DNA of 24,000 nt, taken from assembly GCA_048270185.1 (NCBI GenBank), contig JBLWTJ010000002.1:65517-89516 (forward strand), in the 5' to 3' direction. A model generated the notes under the pieces. That model did no database searches. It was not told the DNA's origin and saw only the letters and a program-made list of their open reading frames with translations. This document shows positions 22,076 through 24,000 of this stretch, piece by piece. Each line of letters begins with the position of its first letter. The first letter of the stretch is position 1. Origin of the DNA: Bacteriovoracaceae bacterium. GTDB taxonomy: Bacteria; Bdellovibrionota; Bacteriovoracia; Bacteriovoracales; Bacteriovoracaceae. A program made the position numbers and the translations under genes.

Positions 22076-24000
22076 TTACTCCATATAGGTTTTTAAATAT
22101 TCATCTGTTTTTCCAACAGTAAAATATAAATTAAGAGCTGTTATTTCATTTAAATAGTTTAGAGCTATAACTTGTAATGAACTTCGATCAAAGGTCTCTT
22201 GTAGCTTTACATAGTCTAATGTCGTAATCCTTCCGTTTTTAAACCTTTTATTTTCAGCTTTCAAAATACTAAGCTGCTGCTTTTTCATTTTTTCAAGGAA
22301 TACGATCTGTTCTTTATTGGACTTTACTTTTTCTTTTAAAGTCTTAACTCCCTTAACAAGCTGAAGCTTTGTTTTATCTCTCCTATAGTCGGCTTGCCTC
22401 TTACGACTCATCGCTGTCGCTTTAGCAGAATCGTTTTTCTTGGTTCCTAAGTCAAAGTCCCAAGTGATACCAGCAAACACCTCATACTTATCTTGTGTGT
22501 TTTCACTAATTGAGTTGCTGAGGTCATCACCACGTCCAAAGCTCTTTAAAGACACAAAGAAATCGACATTTGATTTAGATTTTTCATTTTCAACTAAAAC
22601 TAACTCATTAAAAAGTTCACTATTGTTTTGCATTTGTTTAAATGTAAGACCTGATTCTACTAAATTAAGTTCAGAATTATTGTTGCTGTTTAGAAGTGAA
22701 CTTGATGCTTTCATTTTATCATTTTCGATTAGAACAGAAGATTCTAATTCTAAAACACTTTCTAAGCTTAATTTTTCCGTTCTTATCCTTGACTCTAAAT
22801 CTTTTAAAATTTTCTCACGACTGGTAATTTCAACCTCAGAGGTCAAGAACTCGGCTCTGCTAATAATTCCTGATTTCTTTTTCGTTACGTTTAACTTATG
22901 TAGTTCTTTAAATCTAGCAAGTGAGTTCTGAGCAATAATTCGCTCTTCTTCTAACTTAACAATAGACCAATAATACTTTACGGCTTCTATAATTAGCTTG
23001 TCTTTTAAAGACTTACTTTGAAGATTTTGAGTTTCCTTTTTTAAAACTGCAGCGTTTTTGTTTAAGTGATACTCCTGACTACCAAAATTTCGCCAAAGAG
23101 GAACTGCAAGAGTGGCCTTATATACACTATCCATAGCATCAAGACTAAATTGATTATTTGTCGGTACAGTTCCAAGCTCTTTATCCTCAAACCCAACACC
23201 CAATCCAAGCTGAACACCAAATGAAGTCATTTTTTCATAATCAATACTAAGCCCGTATCCCTCTCTTTCTGAATCAAGAGAAATTGGTGGGTTGGGATAG
23301 TTCACTGAGGAATACTTGAAAAGTTTTGATTTTAGTTTTGAATCAAGCATTCCATCAACAGCGTCAATGTCAAATTCTGACTGACTCACAGACTCATTTT
23401 GAATTTTAAATTCATTGGTGTTTTCGACAAGCTCTACAATCCTTTTAATATTTATTTTTTCTTCAGCTTTAACATCTTGCGTATGGAAACCGATTAATAA
23501 AGGAATTAATAAAACTGATAAATGTGCTGCCTTTTTGTTACCTTTAAATTTTTTTATAAAGTTCCCTATGTCATTACCAATAACATACATATTTGGCATA
23601 AAAATAAGAACGACTGTTGTTCCAAACAAAAGTCCATACAATATCGCCAATGATAGTGGAGACAACAGAGGATCATAACCTCCAATAGCGTAGCCCGTTG
23701 GGGCCACCGCGAGAATTGTGCTTACTGTAGTCAGAGAAATTGGACGAAGCCGTTCTTTGGCTCCTTGAATAAGAATCTCCTTGGAGAACTTACCATTTTC
23801 TTTGAGAAGTTGACTTATGTGGTCTACGAGAACAATTGAATCATTAACCACAATTCCTGAAAGTCCAATTAGTCCGATTCCTGCAAACATTGAAATAGGT
23901 AAACCATGAGCAAAAAAGGATAAAAATATTCCAACGACTCCAAAAGGGATTACAGTCAAAATCAAAAAGGGTTTTGCATAAGAATCAAACATCAAGCTCA
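22076..24000 (-). CDS. RND efflux permease C-terminal region (5' end outside the window) continuing in frame into a TolC-like outer membrane factor
   Basis: The frame is open to the window edge. The first about 140 aa are RND TM10-12 (GLIGLSGIVVNDSIVLVDHI, RLRPISLTTVSTILAVAP, LLFGTTVVLIFMPNMYVIG). A signal-peptide-like KKFKGNKKAAHLSVLLIPLLIGFHTQDVKA-EE follows. Then comes a coiled-coil/beta TolC/OEP-like protein of about 460 aa (AVPLWRNFG, repeated heptad-rich halves). No stop codon separates the two parts. Confidence 0.7.
   Translation of the reverse strand, partial: SLMFDSYAKPFLILTVIPFGVVGIFLSFFAHGLPISMFAGIGLIGLSGIVVNDSIVLVDHISQLLKENGKFSKEILIQGAKERLRPISLTTVSTILAVAPTGYAIGGYDPLLSPLSLAILYGLLFGTTVVLIFMPNMYVIGNDIGNFIKKFKGNKKAAHLSVLLIPLLIGFHTQDVKAEEKINIKRIVELVENTNEFKIQNESVSQSEFDIDAVDGMLDSKLKSKLFKYSSVNYPNPPISLDSEREGYGLSIDYEKMTSFGVQLGLGVGFEDKELGTVPTNNQFSLDAMDSVYKATLAVPLWRNFGSQEYHLNKNAAVLKKETQNLQSKSLKDKLIIEAVKYYWSIVKLEEERIIAQNSLARFKELHKLNVTKKKSGIISRAEFLTSEVEITSREKILKDLESRIRTEKLSLESVLELESSVLIENDKMKASSSLLNSNNNSELNLVESGLTFKQMQNNSELFNELVLVENEKSKSNVDFFVSLKSFGRGDDLSNSISENTQDKYEVFAGITWDFDLGTKKNDSAKATAMSRKRQADYRRDKTKLQLVKGVKTLKEKVKSNKEQIVFLEKMKKQQLSILKAENKRFKNGRITTLDYVKLQETFDRSSLQVIALNYLNEITALNLYFTVGKTDEYLKTYME

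Noticed and set aside
22440-22931. 163-aa plus-strand ORF, and 23415..23678 (87 aa), antisense to the TolC-like/RND gene
   Set aside because: They are Ser/Leu/Phe-rich antisense shadows of a Lys/Glu/Asn-rich coiled-coil gene, with no independent support.
1-24000. Search for CRISPR arrays, tRNA/tmRNA genes, rRNA, IS elements with terminal inverted repeats, retron-like or ToxI-like tandem repeats in intergenic regions
   Set aside because: No regularly spaced direct repeats, cloverleaf-compatible segments or transposase/RT ORFs were seen. The largest non-coding gaps (9740-9913, 11195-11300, 20547-20770) contain only short palindromes.

Overview
The window is AT-rich DNA from a diderm bacterium, inferred from outer-membrane beta-barrel, lipoprotein, RND and TolC-like genes. 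No organism can be assigned from sequence alone. I found no rRNA, tRNA, CRISPR array, transposase or integrase. The window falls into three blocks. (1) Bases 1-6600 carry housekeeping and envelope genes. These are a 5'-truncated flavodoxin-like NAD(P)H quinone reductase, a proline-rich ORF, and a minus-strand metal operon (DUF3347, a His-rich anchor protein, HupE/UreJ, a His-rich periplasmic protein). Overlapping perfect palindromes sit in the metal operon leader. A secreted thermonuclease and an envelope operon follow; the operon encodes an LPP20 lipoprotein, an LPP20-PEGA-beta-barrel protein and a miniature MotA/ExbB-like protein. (2) Bases 6700-21400 form a nuclease-dense accessory block with defence-island architecture. 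It holds a WYL regulator and a GIY-YIG-like plus PcfJ-like pair. It also holds a two-gene cassette of a protein with a C-terminal HEPN-like RNxxxH domain plus a NERD-UvrD helicase. This cassette is my top candidate for an undescribed system. The remaining genes are a UDG-superfamily glycosylase with a tiny basic protein, a DUF2779 Cas4-like/exonuclease protein, a class I methyltransferase plus PDDEXK_4 nuclease, an SBD-like HNH endonuclease, a translationally coupled unknown plus CoiA-like pair, and a recombinase-domain protein lacking a catalytic domain. (3) Bases 21400-24000 carry a membrane protein, a DUF1971 protein, and a TolC-like outer membrane factor fused in frame to the C-terminus of an RND permease. 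An A AAA AAA slippery heptamer with a -1 frame stop sits exactly at that junction. All family assignments rest on motif recognition by eye and need HMM or structure confirmation.
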